Shown: positions 30,562-41,825, counted from the first letter of the stretch. The stretch is DNA of 64,000 nucleotides from an uncultured delta proteobacterium (GCA_963804165.1 CAWDPO010000034.1:64001-128000); one strand, 5' to 3'. The notes: a model not told the origin generated them from the letters alone. Translations and numbers: made by a program.

Positions 30562-31437
30562 GCCTTCTTCTTCGCTCTCGGTCCGAACGGTTCCGGTTGG
30601 AATGGGCCGTCGCGCATTTGCAGATATTCGCGAATGCCTTTGTTGGCGCGCGCGTCGTCCAACGGTTTGCGCAGTTCCTCGCGCAGCATGATATGCGCGG
30701 GCGCAGACATTTGTTTGTCGTAGGTCAGGGCGTCGCGCAGTCCCATCATATCGAGTCCCATGGTCGCGATCTGCAGGTTGATTTTCACCGTCTCCGGCGG
30801 CACGTGGGCGATGCGCTCGACGATTTTGAAACATTCATCGAGCAATTGATCCGCCGGCACGACCTTGACGACCAAGCCGATGCGCAGGGCTTCCTGAGCG
30901 TCGATGTGATCGCCGGTGAGACCATAACGTAGCGCGTTTTTGTAGCCGCCGAGCAAGGTCCACATAAAGCTCGTATTCGAGCCGTGGCGCACTTCAGGCT
31001 GAGCGAACACGGCATTTTCCGCGGCGAGGGTGATGTGGGTGAAAAGCGACAGCCACGATCCGGCGCCCATCGCCCAGCCGTTGATTGCGCCGATGATCGG
31101 TTTGCCGAACTCCCACATGCGGCGAAAGTTGCGCGGATCGACGCGCCACGAGTCGATGACTTCGGCGGCGGTCTGCCCGGTGACGATGCCGTAGGGCCAG
31201 TGAATATCGCGGCGCCGTCCCGCTCGATTCCCCTGATCCATGCCGGCGGAAAAAGCGCGGCCCGCGCCGGTGAGCACGATCGCGCGAACTTCGTTGTCTT
31301 CTTCCGCTTCGTCCAAGGCTTGGTGCATTTCCTTGATCATGCTGCGACTGATCGCGTTCATCGCCTCCGGGCGGTTGAGCGTGATCAATGCGCCACCGCG
31401 CTTGTTTCTCGTACAGGATTTCTTTGTAGTCGGGCAT
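30555..31437 (-). pseudogene. enoyl-CoA hydratase family protein (paralog 2), extra base near 31402
   Basis: MPDYKEILYEKQ then shift; removing one A gives RGGALITLNRP as in paralog 3. Confidence 0.85.
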
Positions 31438-31458
31438 TCCGAACTCCTTTATTTATGG

Positions 31459-31560
31459 GTTCCAGCAGTTCCAGTCGTTCCAGATGTTCCAATCGTTTAG
31501 GCCCTTCGACTTTTGTTCCGAAACGTTTGGAACCATTGGAACCTATGGAACGATTGGAAC
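31459..31560. repeat. inverted GTTCCANNN 9-mer repeat
   Basis: gttccagca gttccagtc gttccagat gttcca ... tggaacc attggaacc tatggaacg attggaac. Confidence 0.8.
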
Positions 31561-32576
31561 TATCTTTTGTTCTTTCTTTCCTCTTCCAGCTGCTTCAAAA
31601 ACGATAGATCCATCACATCGGCGCCGTTGATGTTCATCGTCGACAGCATGCGGTCGCTGGCGATCATGTTTTCCATCGCTTTCACGGTGACCATTGGCAG
31701 ACCCGGCGTGACTTGGGTGTAGACGCGGCGGGTTTCTTCCAGCTCGTCGAAGTTGTTGGATTTATAGAACTCGCCCAAATATTTATGCACCGCGTCCTTG
31801 TTTCTTTCATCCCGGTAAAAATCCATGCCGTCGGCTAGACCGCGCATGAAGCTCATCACCGTTTCGCGATCGCTTTTGATGAAGGAGCGCAACGTTACCG
31901 GCCCGGCGACGACATATTCGTAATCGCTCTTGGAAAAATCCACCCAGACCGGCAAACCTGCTTTGCGCGCGCGTAAAGTAATCGGCGGCTGAAACACCGA
32001 TGCGTCGACGTGGCCGCCGGCGAGAGCGGCCCATCGCTCTCCTTGGGCGCCGATGCTGAGCAGCGTCACGTCTTTCTCGTTGAGTCCGAGCTGGCGTACG
32101 GCCAGGCGGGCGATGAAATCGGTGCTGGCTCCCAACTGGCTGATGGCGACTTTTTTGCCTTTCAGATCCGCGGGCTTCTTGATGGCGGGACTGCTGACCA
32201 AGACATAATCGAGTTTGTTGCCGGTGGCACCGAGAACGACGAGATCCTTCGCGCCTTGTGCCCAAGCCAGGATGACGCCGGAGCTCCCCTGTTGCAGCAT
32301 CGTGACGTCGCGCGAGATGAGCGCCTGGACCGCTTCGCGTCCGCCGCGCATGAAGATCGGCAGGACTTTCAGTCCATACTTTTCAAAGGAGCCGGAGCGT
32401 TGCGCCACCCAGAAAAAACTGGTCGAGCCGCCGAGCGCGTAGGGGACGCGGACTTCTTTGAGGGGCTTGGATTGGGCTGAGAGCAACCATGGCGAAAGCA
32501 GGCATAGAAGAATCGCGGTGACTGGCGTGATTAAGCCTCTAACAGCACGGCCAAACGTGGAAAGCCCTTCTGTCAT
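31560..32576 (-). CDS. ABC substrate-binding protein, NMT1-like; start uncertain
   Basis: FWVAQRSGSFEKYGL, LKGKKVAISQLG. Confidence 0.85.
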   Translation of the reverse strand: MTEGLSTFGRAVRGLITPVTAILLCLLSPWLLSAQSKPLKEVRVPYALGGSTSFFWVAQRSGSFEKYGLKVLPIFMRGGREAVQALISRDVTMLQQGSSGVILAWAQGAKDLVVLGATGNKLDYVLVSSPAIKKPADLKGKKVAISQLGASTDFIARLAVRQLGLNEKDVTLLSIGAQGERWAALAGGHVDASVFQPPITLRARKAGLPVWVDFSKSDYEYVVAGPVTLRSFIKSDRETVMSFMRGLADGMDFYRDERNKDAVHKYLGEFYKSNNFDELEETRRVYTQVTPGLPMVTVKAMENMIASDRMLSTMNINGADVMDLSFLKQLEEERKNKR

Positions 32577-32660
32577 CCCCCTTTGAAAAAGGGGGAAGAG
32601 GGGGATTTGAGTTTGCGGCACTGCGAAATCCCCCCTTGCCCCCCTTTTTCAAAGGGGGGA
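32577..32660. repeat. CCCCCTTT..AAAGGGGG REP-like doublet
   Basis: Two inverted hairpins; related copy at 40382-40469. Confidence 0.75.
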
Positions 32661-32685
32661 ACAACATAGAAATTGTGGGACGTGA

Positions 32686-35600
32686 TCATTTTATCTCCAC
32701 CAGCGCGTCGACGGCGACAACGCCTTGTCCTCTCGGCAAAACGATTAATGGATTGATATCCAGACCGGCGAGTTGATCGCCAAGTTCGACGGCAAGACGA
32801 GACACGCCGACGATTGCGTCGCACAGGGCGTCGATATCCGCGGGCGGCTTGCCGCGGACTCCTGCGAGAATTGCAAAACTGCGCAGGCGCCCGAGCATGT
32901 CGCACGCTTGGTCACGCGATAACGGCGGAATGCCAACGGCGACGTCTTTAAGTAGCTCGACGAGAATGCCACCGAAGCCGCACAGAACTACCGGGCCGAA
33001 CATCGGATCTCGTTTGACGCCGAGGATCATCTCCACGCCTTCACTTGCCATGCGCTGCACGATGACACCGTCGATTTACGCTGTTTGTACTTTATCGAAG
33101 ACGGCCTTAGCGCGACGATACTTGGCGATGATGTCTTCGGCTTTGGCGGTCCAAACAAAGGGTTTGGAATTTTGGTTATGACGCTGAATATAAGCTTGGA
33201 TGGCTCAATAAATCAGCGACCGACTTAAAAACCCCGCGTCGAATTTGTTTGTCAGTGAGATCGCGGAACCAACGTTCGACCATGTTGAGCCAGGACTCGA
33301 AGTCGGCACAAAATGCAGATGGAATCGGGGATGGCGTTTGAGCCACGCTTTGACTTGGGATGCTTGTGGGTGGAGTAATTGTCACGATCAAATGCAAGTC
33401 CAACTCTGGCGGGGTTTGGTGATCAATCAGTTTCAAAAACTTGATCCACTCCTGATGGCGGTGACGATCATCAGGTCCAATGATGCTCCCTTCGGTATCT
33501 CCAGAGCAGCGAACAGGGTCGTGGTTCCGTTGCGTTTGTAGTCGTGGGTTGTGGTTCCAGTCGTCCCTTGACCAGGGGCAATCCGGGTTGGGTTCTGTCC
33601 AGCGCTTGAACCGATGTTTTCTCATCGGCGCACAGCACCAGCGCGTGTTCGGGAGGGTTGAGATACAAGCCCACCACATCGATGACTTTTTCAACAAACT
33701 TTTTGTCCCGGCTGACTTTGAACGTCTTGGCAAATGCGGCTTCAGTCCGCTGGCGTGCACACCCGTTGGACCATCGATTTGTCGATGCCAGCGTGTCGGC
33801 CAACGTCCTTACGCTCCAGTGCGTGGCGTGAGACGGCTTGGCTTGGGTGGTCCTCTCAATAATCACAGGTGCCATCTGTTCTCGCTTGGTCGCCTTTCGG
33901 CCTCCCCGTGCAAGATCCTTCTCGATTCCCGCCAGTCGTTTCTGAACAAACCGCTGGCGCCATCGCGACACTTGCCGCGGGTCAATTCCCAAAATCTCGG
34001 CAATGGTTTTGTTTTGTTCTCCTTCTGCCGCCATCAAGACGATCTTGGCTCGCTTCATCGAGCGCGTGGGTGTTCGGCGCCGCGAGACCAGCTGCTCAAC
34101 GTCTTGATTTCACTTTCCGTAAGTTCAATCGCTTGCGCTACTCGCATGGAACTCTCCTCCTCAAATTATAACAGTTAGACGAAGGATAAATTCCATTAAT
34201 TCAGAGACACTACACTAGCATTGGGTGCGCGGCGGCTGACTTCATTTAAGATGCACGCGTGAGCATCGCGAACGGCGGCGCGGTTGGACAGCTTCAGCAT
34301 CACGCCGCCGATATCGCTCTTGTGCGTGATCTCAGAAGATTCGATTTTTAGCGCAACAGGGAAACCCATGCGCTCGGCGGCGGCTGCCGCTTCGTCGGCA
34401 CTCTGCGTGAGCACCGTCGATACGACTGGAATGCCGAATTCTTCGAGCAGGCGAAATGCGGACTCCGCGGCCAAAATCCCAGACGGCAATCTCTCGGCAG
34501 ACGCACGCGCAGAGATTTCGATCGAGGCGTGCGCCTGCCGGCTTTTTTGAAACTCGTGATACTCCGCTAAATTTCGAATCGTGGTCGTGGCGCACTCCGC
34601 GCCTTCCATGAGCGGCACGCCCGCCTGGCGCAGCGGTAACAGAATATCGGGATCCACCGGACCGCCGACGATGGAGCTGAAGCACGCGATGGGTTTTTTG
34701 CTGCTTGCCGCGGCCTTTTCTATGGCTGCAGAAAAGCGGTTGCCGCTCTTCAATTCCTTCGGACGAGGATCGTTGGCCTCGAGGTTGATCGTGACAACGT
34801 CAATGTTGCTATCATCGATCAATGCCTGGAGCAGCCGAGGAAAAATCTTTTCGTCGTCGTACATGGCGCCGGTGCCGTCGAGCGGATTGTTCATGTTGCC
34901 GAAGTCGGCGACGGCTTCCTGCAGTTGCGATTTTGTCGTTTCTGTCAGCTCCGGAACCTCGATGCCGACGTTTGCCGCGGCGTCGGAGACCAACGTGCAT
35001 TCGCCGCCCGAGCCGCTGAGCACGCCGATGCGCCTGCCGCCATTATAATGTTTCATAAAAGCATCGCAGGAGAAGACGCTGGCGGCGTCGATCAATTCGT
35101 TGAGACTGCGCACCGAAACGATGCCGCCCTGGCGAAACGCGGCATCGACGACTTCCGCAGCGCCGGCCAAGGAACCGGAATGGGTGGCAGCAGCGCGCTT
35201 GGAGACTTCGGATCGGCCGCCTTTAAGGATGATTAGAGGTTTGTTGCGGTCGGCCGCTTTGCGCGCGACGGCGAGCAGTTTCTCAGGTTGCTTGAACCCT
35301 TCGACGAAGGCGGCGATGACGCGCGTGTTTTCGTCTTCGACCAAATAGTTAAAGTATTCCTCGAACGTCGCCCCGGACTGGTTGCCGCAGGAAACGATGT
35401 GGCTAAGGCCGACGTGCCGGTTGAGCATCAAAGCGTTGGCGATGGTCGTGCTCAGTCCGCCGCTTTGCGAAACCAGCGCGACAGGACCGGCAAGGAAACC
35501 CGGCGGCATCGTCGAGGCAAAAAGCGTCGCTTTGCCGTAAACATTCAAGACGCCATAGCAGTTCGGTCCGCAGATGAGAAAGCCGCGGTCGCGCGACAGC

Positions 35601-36001
35601 GCTTCGAGTCGCGCCTGGCGCGCTTTTCCCTCTGCACCGATTTCGGCGAAGCCTGCTGAGAATACGACTGCAGCGCGAATCCCGGCGTCGGCCGCAGATT
35701 CCAACAGATCCGGCACATGACGATTGGGCACAGCTAACACGACACAATCGACGGGTTCGGGTATCGCCGCGATATCGGGATAACATGGGCAATCCATGAC
35801 CTCGGTGTATTTCGGATTAACCGTAACGATTTTACCGGGATAGCCGAAATTCTTTAAGTTTCGGATAACTCTGTTGCCGCGCGGCTCGCGATTGGGCAAG
35901 GCGTCAGCGCGCTGCGATGCTCCGACGATCGCCACGGATTTGGGGTTCATCAGCGGGGTGAGATCGCGCCAACTGCTTTGATCGACTACTTGTGTGCTCA
36001 T
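32686..36001 (-). pseudogene. ADP-forming acetate/acyl-CoA ligase interrupted by IS630
   Basis: N-part: GPNCYG, SQSGG, HSGSLAG, NPLD, HKSDIGGV to ~34217; C-part IDGVIVQRM..DPMFGP..DINPL resumes at 33075. Confidence 0.88.
33076..34217 (-). mobile_element. degenerate IS630 family element
   Basis: [26 protein letters not shown] motifs in several frames; left end (C)TAGTGTAGTGTC; right IR not recognisable. Confidence 0.85.
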
Positions 36002-36012
36002 CGTGTGCCAAG

Positions 36013-36095
36013 TTGGAGTGATGGAGTGGTGGAGTACTGGAGTGGTGGTCCGGAAAAACCCAATACTCCTTTACTCCAGCACTCCATTACTCCAA
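36013..36095. repeat. inverted TGGAGTNN 8-mer repeat
   Basis: 4 + 4 inverted units. Confidence 0.8.
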
Positions 36096-36098
36096 TTT

Positions 36099-36974
36099 TC
36101 ATTTCTTTTTCGCTCTCGGTCCAAACGGCTCCGGCTGGAACGGGCCGTCGCGCATTTGCAGATACGCTTTGGTTCCTTGCGTCGCGCGCGTTTCGTCGAG
36201 CGGGCGGCGAAATTCCTCGTTGAGCATCATATGCGCAGGGATCGACAGCGTCTCGTCCATGCGCAGGGCGTCGCGCAGTCCCATCATCTGCAAGCCCATC
36301 GTCGAAATCTGCAGATTGATCTTCACAGTTTCAGGAGGCACGTGGGCGATGCGCTCGACAATCTTGAAACACTCGTCGAGCAGTTGATCGACGGGAACGA
36401 CTTTGTTGACCAAACCGATGCGCAGCGCTTCCTGCGCGTCGATGTGATCGCCGACAAGGCCGTAGCGCAGCGCATTCTTGAATCCTGCGAGCAATGTCCA
36501 CATGAAAGTCGTATTAGATCCGTGGCGCACTTCGGGTTGGGCGAAGACGGCGTCTTCGGCGGCGATCGTCATGTGAGTATAGAGGGCGAGCCAGCAACCG
36601 CCGCCCATCGCCCATCCCCTAACGGCGCCGATGACCGGTTTGGTCATTTCAAATATTCGAATCAGCTTGACGTCGTCGGCGCTCCAATAATTCATCAGAT
36701 CCGCCGCGCTCATGCCGGTTTGGATACCCTGCGGCCATTGGATGTCGCGGCGCCGGCCGCTTGTCGTCGCTTGGTCGAAACCGGAACTGAACGCGCGCCC
36801 GGCGCCGGTAATCACGATTGCGCGAATCTCCGGATCCGCCTCGGCTTGATCGAGCGCGTCATGGATCTCTTTCAACATCGGCCGGGTGATCGCGTTCAAG
36901 GCTTCAGGGCGATTCAGCGTGATCAGCACGCCGCCGCGCTGTTTCTCGAAAAGAATTTCTTTGTAGTCGGACAT
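36099..36974 (-). CDS. enoyl-CoA hydratase family protein (paralog 3)
   Basis: MSDYKEILFEKQ; shared C-terminus RDGPFQPEPFGPR. Confidence 0.9.
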   Translation of the reverse strand: MSDYKEILFEKQRGGVLITLNRPEALNAITRPMLKEIHDALDQAEADPEIRAIVITGAGRAFSSGFDQATTSGRRRDIQWPQGIQTGMSAADLMNYWSADDVKLIRIFEMTKPVIGAVRGWAMGGGCWLALYTHMTIAAEDAVFAQPEVRHGSNTTFMWTLLAGFKNALRYGLVGDHIDAQEALRIGLVNKVVPVDQLLDECFKIVERIAHVPPETVKINLQISTMGLQMMGLRDALRMDETLSIPAHMMLNEEFRRPLDETRATQGTKAYLQMRDGPFQPEPFGPRAKKK

Positions 36975-36990
36975 TAGGGCTCCCTTCGGG

Positions 36991-37074
36991 AATTGGAGTA
37001 ATGCAGTGGTGGAGTGATGGAGTATTGAGTTTTCGCCCCAACACTCCAATATTCCATTACTCCAGCACTCCAGT
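36991..37074. repeat. inverted TGGAGTNN 8-mer repeat
   Basis: aattggagtaatgcagtggtggagtgatggagt ... actccaatattccattactccagcactccagtt. Confidence 0.8.
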
Positions 37075-37079
37075 TTTTT

Positions 37080-38115
37080 TCATCGATACTCCGTCTCGTA
37101 GAGCTGTTTGATAAAGCCGCTGGCTTCGACTTCTCTCAGGATGCTTTCGTCAACGAACTGTTTGACATCAGCGCCGCGCGCCTTCGGTTCGGTTGCGGCG
37201 ATGAATTCGAGCGAAGTTTCTACCGCTTTGGGCGTAGCGTAAAGCGTGGGGTTGTAATATTTCGTCGCCAAAAGATTGTAGGACGCTTCAAGATATTTAA
37301 TGTCTTTTTCCTGGGCCGACTGAATGCGCAGCTTTTTTTGCAACACTTCGAGACTCTCTTTTTTGTATTTTTTGAAATAAGCGACGCCTTCGATTAAACC
37401 TTTGGCGAAACGGATGGCCTGGGCCCGATTGGCTTTCAAGTAGCTGCGCGTGGTGTCGACGGAGTTTTGCAAGTAATAAATATCCATCTCAGCGGGATCG
37501 GCAAGGGTGCGAAAACCTTTCTCCTCTGCGACGAAAGAACGACGGCATCGTCAAAACCGCGGCTTCACAGCCGCCTTTTTCCAAGTTGGCGAACATCGCC
37601 GGTGAAGCCTCGAGCTGAATGAGTTGAAAATCTTCCTGGCGCATACCCCACTTTCTGACGAATAGCTGGAAGGCCAAATGGCCGGCAGAACCGAAGCGCG
37701 TGATCGCGACACGCTTACCCTTGAGCTCGGCCGGCGTCCGTATCTCGGGTCGCGACATCAAGCGCTGTAGTCCCCGGTTCATCGGCGAGAACACGAGCAC
37801 AGGGTCGGCACCACGTAGAGCGGCGCGGATCACGGCATCGCCGCCGCCGACGGAAAACTGAATTTCGCCCGAAAGCAAAGCGCTCACGACCCGCGCGGCG
37901 CCGCCGCCGATAAAAATCACTTCGACATTGACGCCGTGTTTTTTGAAAAGTCCCTTTTCCTCGGCAACCCAGATGCTGCCGGAAGTCGCGCTGATGGAGC
38001 TCAAGCCGAGGCGGACTCGCTCTTGCGCTCCGGCGGATCGAACCCCCGTGAGGGCACTGATCATCGTCGCCAAGGACAGAATTAATATCGAATGCACCAC
38101 GAACCTCCAACGCAA
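37080..38115 (-). pseudogene. NMT1-like substrate-binding protein split by extra T near 37535
   Basis: Removing one T gives MPSFFVAEEKGFRTLADPAEMDIYY, joining both ORFs. Confidence 0.8.
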
Positions 38116-38203
38116 GAAAGTTTCGTTCTTCTTACCTATTAGAAAGCGAGGTTAGGCGTCAAGCGCATGGCGTAAAAAGAAACGGGGCAATGAGTCCGAC
38201 ACG

Positions 38204-39220
38204 CTACTTCCAAATATTGTCGAGGAAGCCGCTCTGTTTCAGTTCCGCGACGTAACGATTGTCGAAGTAGGCGCTGGTCGGAGTCGACTGAGCCGATTTC
38301 GCATCGATCATGTTGACCTGTACCATGCGCTGCACCATCGACTGCATCGTACTCTCGGGCACAAAAGGTTCGCGCACGAAAGTTTCCGAGACGTAGAGAT
38401 AACTCTGGCGCAGCAGATCGGCATCGGTAAGTCCGAGATATTTCGAAATCAAGCGCTTGCTCAGCTCTTCATTGGTGACTACCTGTTTGGTTGCTTCGAT
38501 GGTGGTTTTGATCAAGCGCACCACGGTGTCACGATGGCCGGCGGCAAATGATTTCCGCGCGACGATCCCTTGAGTCAAAAAACCGCTGCCCGGCGACCGC
38601 AGGTCTTTCGGCGAGACCAGCTCACGAAACCCCTCTTTGACCATCCGGAAGCCATGCGGCGGGGAGAGCACCGCCCCGTCGATGACGCCTCGTGACAATC
38701 CAGCGACGGCTTCCGGGAAGCCGCCCATCTGGAGCACGTTCACGTCCTTGGTACTGTGGCGCTCGATGATGGTTCTGAGCGCGAAATCGGTAACCGAACC
38801 CAAGCGCGTGATGCCGATTTTCCTTCCTTGCAAACTACGAAGATCGCGAATCTCCGGGTGCACGAGCAGGGACTGGGTGAAGTAGGGCGCCATGGCGGCG
38901 ACCTGGATGATGTCGCCGCCGCGCAATACATTGGTGACGACCGCCGGGCCGCCGAAACCGGCGACATTGGCGGCGCCGGAAAGCATCGATTGAACGATCA
39001 CCGCGGATGCGCCGACGTATACCATATCGACGTTGAGACCATTTTTTTCGAAGAGGCGCAGCTCCTTGGCCGCAACCCAAGGCAGACTATTGAGTCCCAG
39101 CGGGCCGTAGGGAAACGTCACCTTGATCAATTCCTGAGACAAAGCGACTCGGGGTGTTAACAACACGAGAAAACAAAGTGCTCGCGTAATCCAATAAGGA
39201 AGAGAACTAAAGTTTTCCAT
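38204..39220 (-). CDS. ABC substrate-binding protein, NMT1-like
   Basis: WVAAKELRLFEKNGL, GRKIGITRLGS. Confidence 0.85.
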   Translation of the reverse strand: MENFSSLPYWITRALCFLVLLTPRVALSQELIKVTFPYGPLGLNSLPWVAAKELRLFEKNGLNVDMVYVGASAVIVQSMLSGAANVAGFGGPAVVTNVLRGGDIIQVAAMAPYFTQSLLVHPEIRDLRSLQGRKIGITRLGSVTDFALRTIIERHSTKDVNVLQMGGFPEAVAGLSRGVIDGAVLSPPHGFRMVKEGFRELVSPKDLRSPGSGFLTQGIVARKSFAAGHRDTVVRLIKTTIEATKQVVTNEELSKRLISKYLGLTDADLLRQSYLYVSETFVREPFVPESTMQSMVQRMVQVNMIDAKSAQSTPTSAYFDNRYVAELKQSGFLDNIWK

Positions 39221-39251
39221 GCAGCCTCCGAATTGTCGAAGATCTCAAGCC

Positions 39252-39388
39252 AGCGAGCCGCTGAAAAAACCTTTTCGGAGTCCTTCGATGGGGCTCAGGA
39301 CGAACGGAGTGGGTTTGATATCAGTGACGAGTTTCCGTTCAGGCTGAGGTTCTCGAAGCATTCTTAAATTCTTCTCAGTAACCCGCGA
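39252..39388. mobile_element. degenerate MITE-like element carrying a CCTTCGA..GCTCAGG repeat
   Basis: Ends agcgagccgctgaaaaa / ttctcagtaacccgcga; interior resembles 20221-20300. Confidence 0.55.
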
Positions 39389-39510
39389 CACTTGTTGCAA
39401 TATCGCCGCCGCGCATGCGGAGTCAAGAATTTTCGCGCGTCTGCTTGCCAAGAGAAATTGCTTCAACTATGCATCAAGGCAGTTGCCGCGTGACGACGAG
39501 GAGGCGCAAC

Positions 39511-40317
39511 ATGCCGACAGTCAAATTGAACGACGTTGAAATTTACTACGAAGAGCACGGCAAAGGCCGGCCGATGGTGTTTCTGAGCGAGACGGCCTGC
39601 GACGGCGAGGTCTGGAAAATCAATCAAGTCGAAGAGTTTTCACGAGATCACCGCGTGATCATTCACGACTACCGGGGGACGGGTCAGTCGGGCAAGCCGT
39701 CCATCGATTACACCACGACGATGTTCGCCGAGGACGTCGTGGCTTTGATGGATCATCTCAAGGCTGAAGACGCCATCGTCGTCGGCCATTCCATGGGCGG
39801 CAGAGTCGCGCAACTGCTCGCCCTCGACCATCCCGAGAAGGTGCATAAATTGGTTTTGGCTTCCACCGGCGCGCACTATCCCCTGACTAAAGGGTTGCCG
39901 CTGAAGATCTGCAAGGAGATGATCGAATGGGGGTACGAGAAGTACGAACGGGAGCATACGATTTTGGTCGGTTGGACAGAAGAATATGTCAAGAACCATC
40001 CGGAGAAGATCGAGAACTACTTGAAAGTCAGAATGCACAATCTCTGCCCGGTGGAATTTTACCTGCGTCATCTGCTCGCGCGGCAGAGCCATGACACGAG
40101 CCAGCGCCTGAAAGACATCAAGCAGGCCACACTGATTCTGGTCGGGGACGGCGACTGGAACATGACCAGCGAAATCAATCACAGGATGTCGTCGGAGATC
40201 CTGGCCAAGGGTATTCCGAATGCCAAGCTCGTGGTGTTGCCGAACGAACGCCATAGTTACTTCTTTTCGAATCCCGGCGAGGCACATCGGATAATTCGTG
40301 AGTTCATCAAAGACTAG
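39511..40317 (+). CDS. alpha/beta hydrolase
   Basis: DYRGTG, GHSMGG, C-terminal His; GGAGG RBS. Confidence 0.9.
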   Translation: MPTVKLNDVEIYYEEHGKGRPMVFLSETACDGEVWKINQVEEFSRDHRVIIHDYRGTGQSGKPSIDYTTTMFAEDVVALMDHLKAEDAIVVGHSMGGRVAQLLALDHPEKVHKLVLASTGAHYPLTKGLPLKICKEMIEWGYEKYEREHTILVGWTEEYVKNHPEKIENYLKVRMHNLCPVEFYLRHLLARQSHDTSQRLKDIKQATLILVGDGDWNMTSEINHRMSSEILAKGIPNAKLVVLPNERHSYFFSNPGEAHRIIREFIKD

Positions 40318-40318
40318 C

Positions 40319-40522
40319 GAGCGTGGTGTCCCAGAAGTTCGCATAAAAAAGGCCAAACGATGACCGTTGTGACATAAACTCAAATCCCCTCGGTCCCTCT
40401 TTTTACAAAGGGGGAATTTTCTGCGCGCGATTCTCACCCCTCTTTGTTAAAGAGGGGCAGGGGAGATTTTCTAACAAAGCGCCCCGAAATTGTTTCAACA
40501 AACTTCTGGGTCAGGACCCTAG
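40319..40522. mobile_element. MITE with IS630-like ends carrying a CCCCT..AGGGG doublet
   Basis: gtggtgtcccagaagtt / aacttctgggtcaggaccctag. Confidence 0.6.
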
Positions 40523-40537
40523 AACCTGGAGAGAGAC

Positions 40538-41344
40538 ATGCCAACAGTACAAGTCGCAGACGCTGAAATCTATTACGAAGTCCACGGCCAAGGACAGGCG
40601 CTGCTCTTTTTCAGTGAGACGGCCTGCGACGGCGAGATTTGGAAACTCTTCCAGGTCCCCGAATTTTCCAGGGACCATAGGGTGATCACCCACGACTATC
40701 GCGGCACCGGACGGTCGAGCAAACCGTCGATCGATTACACGACAAGGATGTTTTTCGACGATGCGGTTGCGATCCTCGATCATTTAAAAGTGAAAGATGC
40801 GATTGTTCTCGGTCATTCGATGGGCGGACGGGTCGCGCAACTGCTGGCGTTGGAATATCCGGAACGGGTCAGCAAATTGATTCTCGCCTCAACCGGCGCG
40901 TCGTTCCCCGGCCCCGTGGGTTTGCCGCTCGCGATGTGCAAGGAAATGATCGAGTGGGGCTATGAAAAATATGTCAGGGAACACACGCTGCAGGTGGGAT
41001 TCACGGATGAGTTTGTCAAGAATCATCCGGAAAGCATCGAAGCGTTCTTCCGCGTCCGGTTGGCCAATCTTTGTCCGGTGGAATTTTACCTGCGTCATGT
41101 GCTGGCGCGGCAAGGCCATGACACGAGCGGACGGCTAAAAGATATCCGAGTGCCGACTTTGGTGATGGTCGGCGAACAGGAAGGCGATCCCAACGTCGTG
41201 ATGACTCATCGCATGTCGTCGAGTATATTGGCCAAAGGTATACCGAATGCCCGGTTCGTTCTGCTCGCCAATCAAAAACACAATTACTTTGCCAGCGCTC
41301 CGGAAGCGGTGCATCGAGTCATGCGCGAATTTCTCGGCGCATAA
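40538..41344 (+). CDS. alpha/beta hydrolase, tandem paralog
   Basis: SETACDGE, GHSMGG, NLCPVEFYLRH shared with upstream copy. Confidence 0.9.
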   Translation: MPTVQVADAEIYYEVHGQGQALLFFSETACDGEIWKLFQVPEFSRDHRVITHDYRGTGRSSKPSIDYTTRMFFDDAVAILDHLKVKDAIVLGHSMGGRVAQLLALEYPERVSKLILASTGASFPGPVGLPLAMCKEMIEWGYEKYVREHTLQVGFTDEFVKNHPESIEAFFRVRLANLCPVEFYLRHVLARQGHDTSGRLKDIRVPTLVMVGEQEGDPNVVMTHRMSSSILAKGIPNARFVLLANQKHNYFASAPEAVHRVMREFLGA

Positions 41345-41347
41345 GCA

Positions 41348-41677
41348 CTAAAGGTGAACGAAAGCCCGGACCCAATTTTTTGGCACGGCTGTGTGCCCGT
41401 GACCGGTCTCGTCCTCCGCAAGGAACACATCGCCCGGTTCAAAGGTCCGCTTTGTGCCGTCGCCGATGCCGATCTCGACTGAGCCGGAAAGTGTGATGCA
41501 CCACTGGCGTCGCGGTGCGGGATGCCAGCCGTGCAGATCGCCACGATTCCTATCGTTTTTAAAAACTAAACTCTTGACGTCCAGACCGGTCAGGAAATAT
41601 TTCGATCCTTCATTCTGATCTAAGTCCTCAAAATGAGATTGGCCATCGTCGCCAGTGTAGAGTCTGCAAAATTGCAT
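41348..41677 (-). CDS. cupin-like small protein
   Basis: WHPAPRRQW...PGDVFLAEDETGHGH. Confidence 0.75.
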   Translation of the reverse strand: MQFCRLYTGDDGQSHFEDLDQNEGSKYFLTGLDVKSLVFKNDRNRGDLHGWHPAPRRQWCITLSGSVEIGIGDGTKRTFEPGDVFLAEDETGHGHTAVPKNWVRAFVHL

Positions 41678-41825
41678 GAGACCTCCAAGGTTAGTATCGC
41701 TATTCGCTTAGCAGCAACCGCGGGATTGTTTCAAGTCATCGCGCATGCCGATGGGAAACATCGCGTTGACAGGCTCGCTAGCGTGAGCTAGCTATGAGAA
41801 AATCTTCGCTCGGTTCGGAGGCAAC

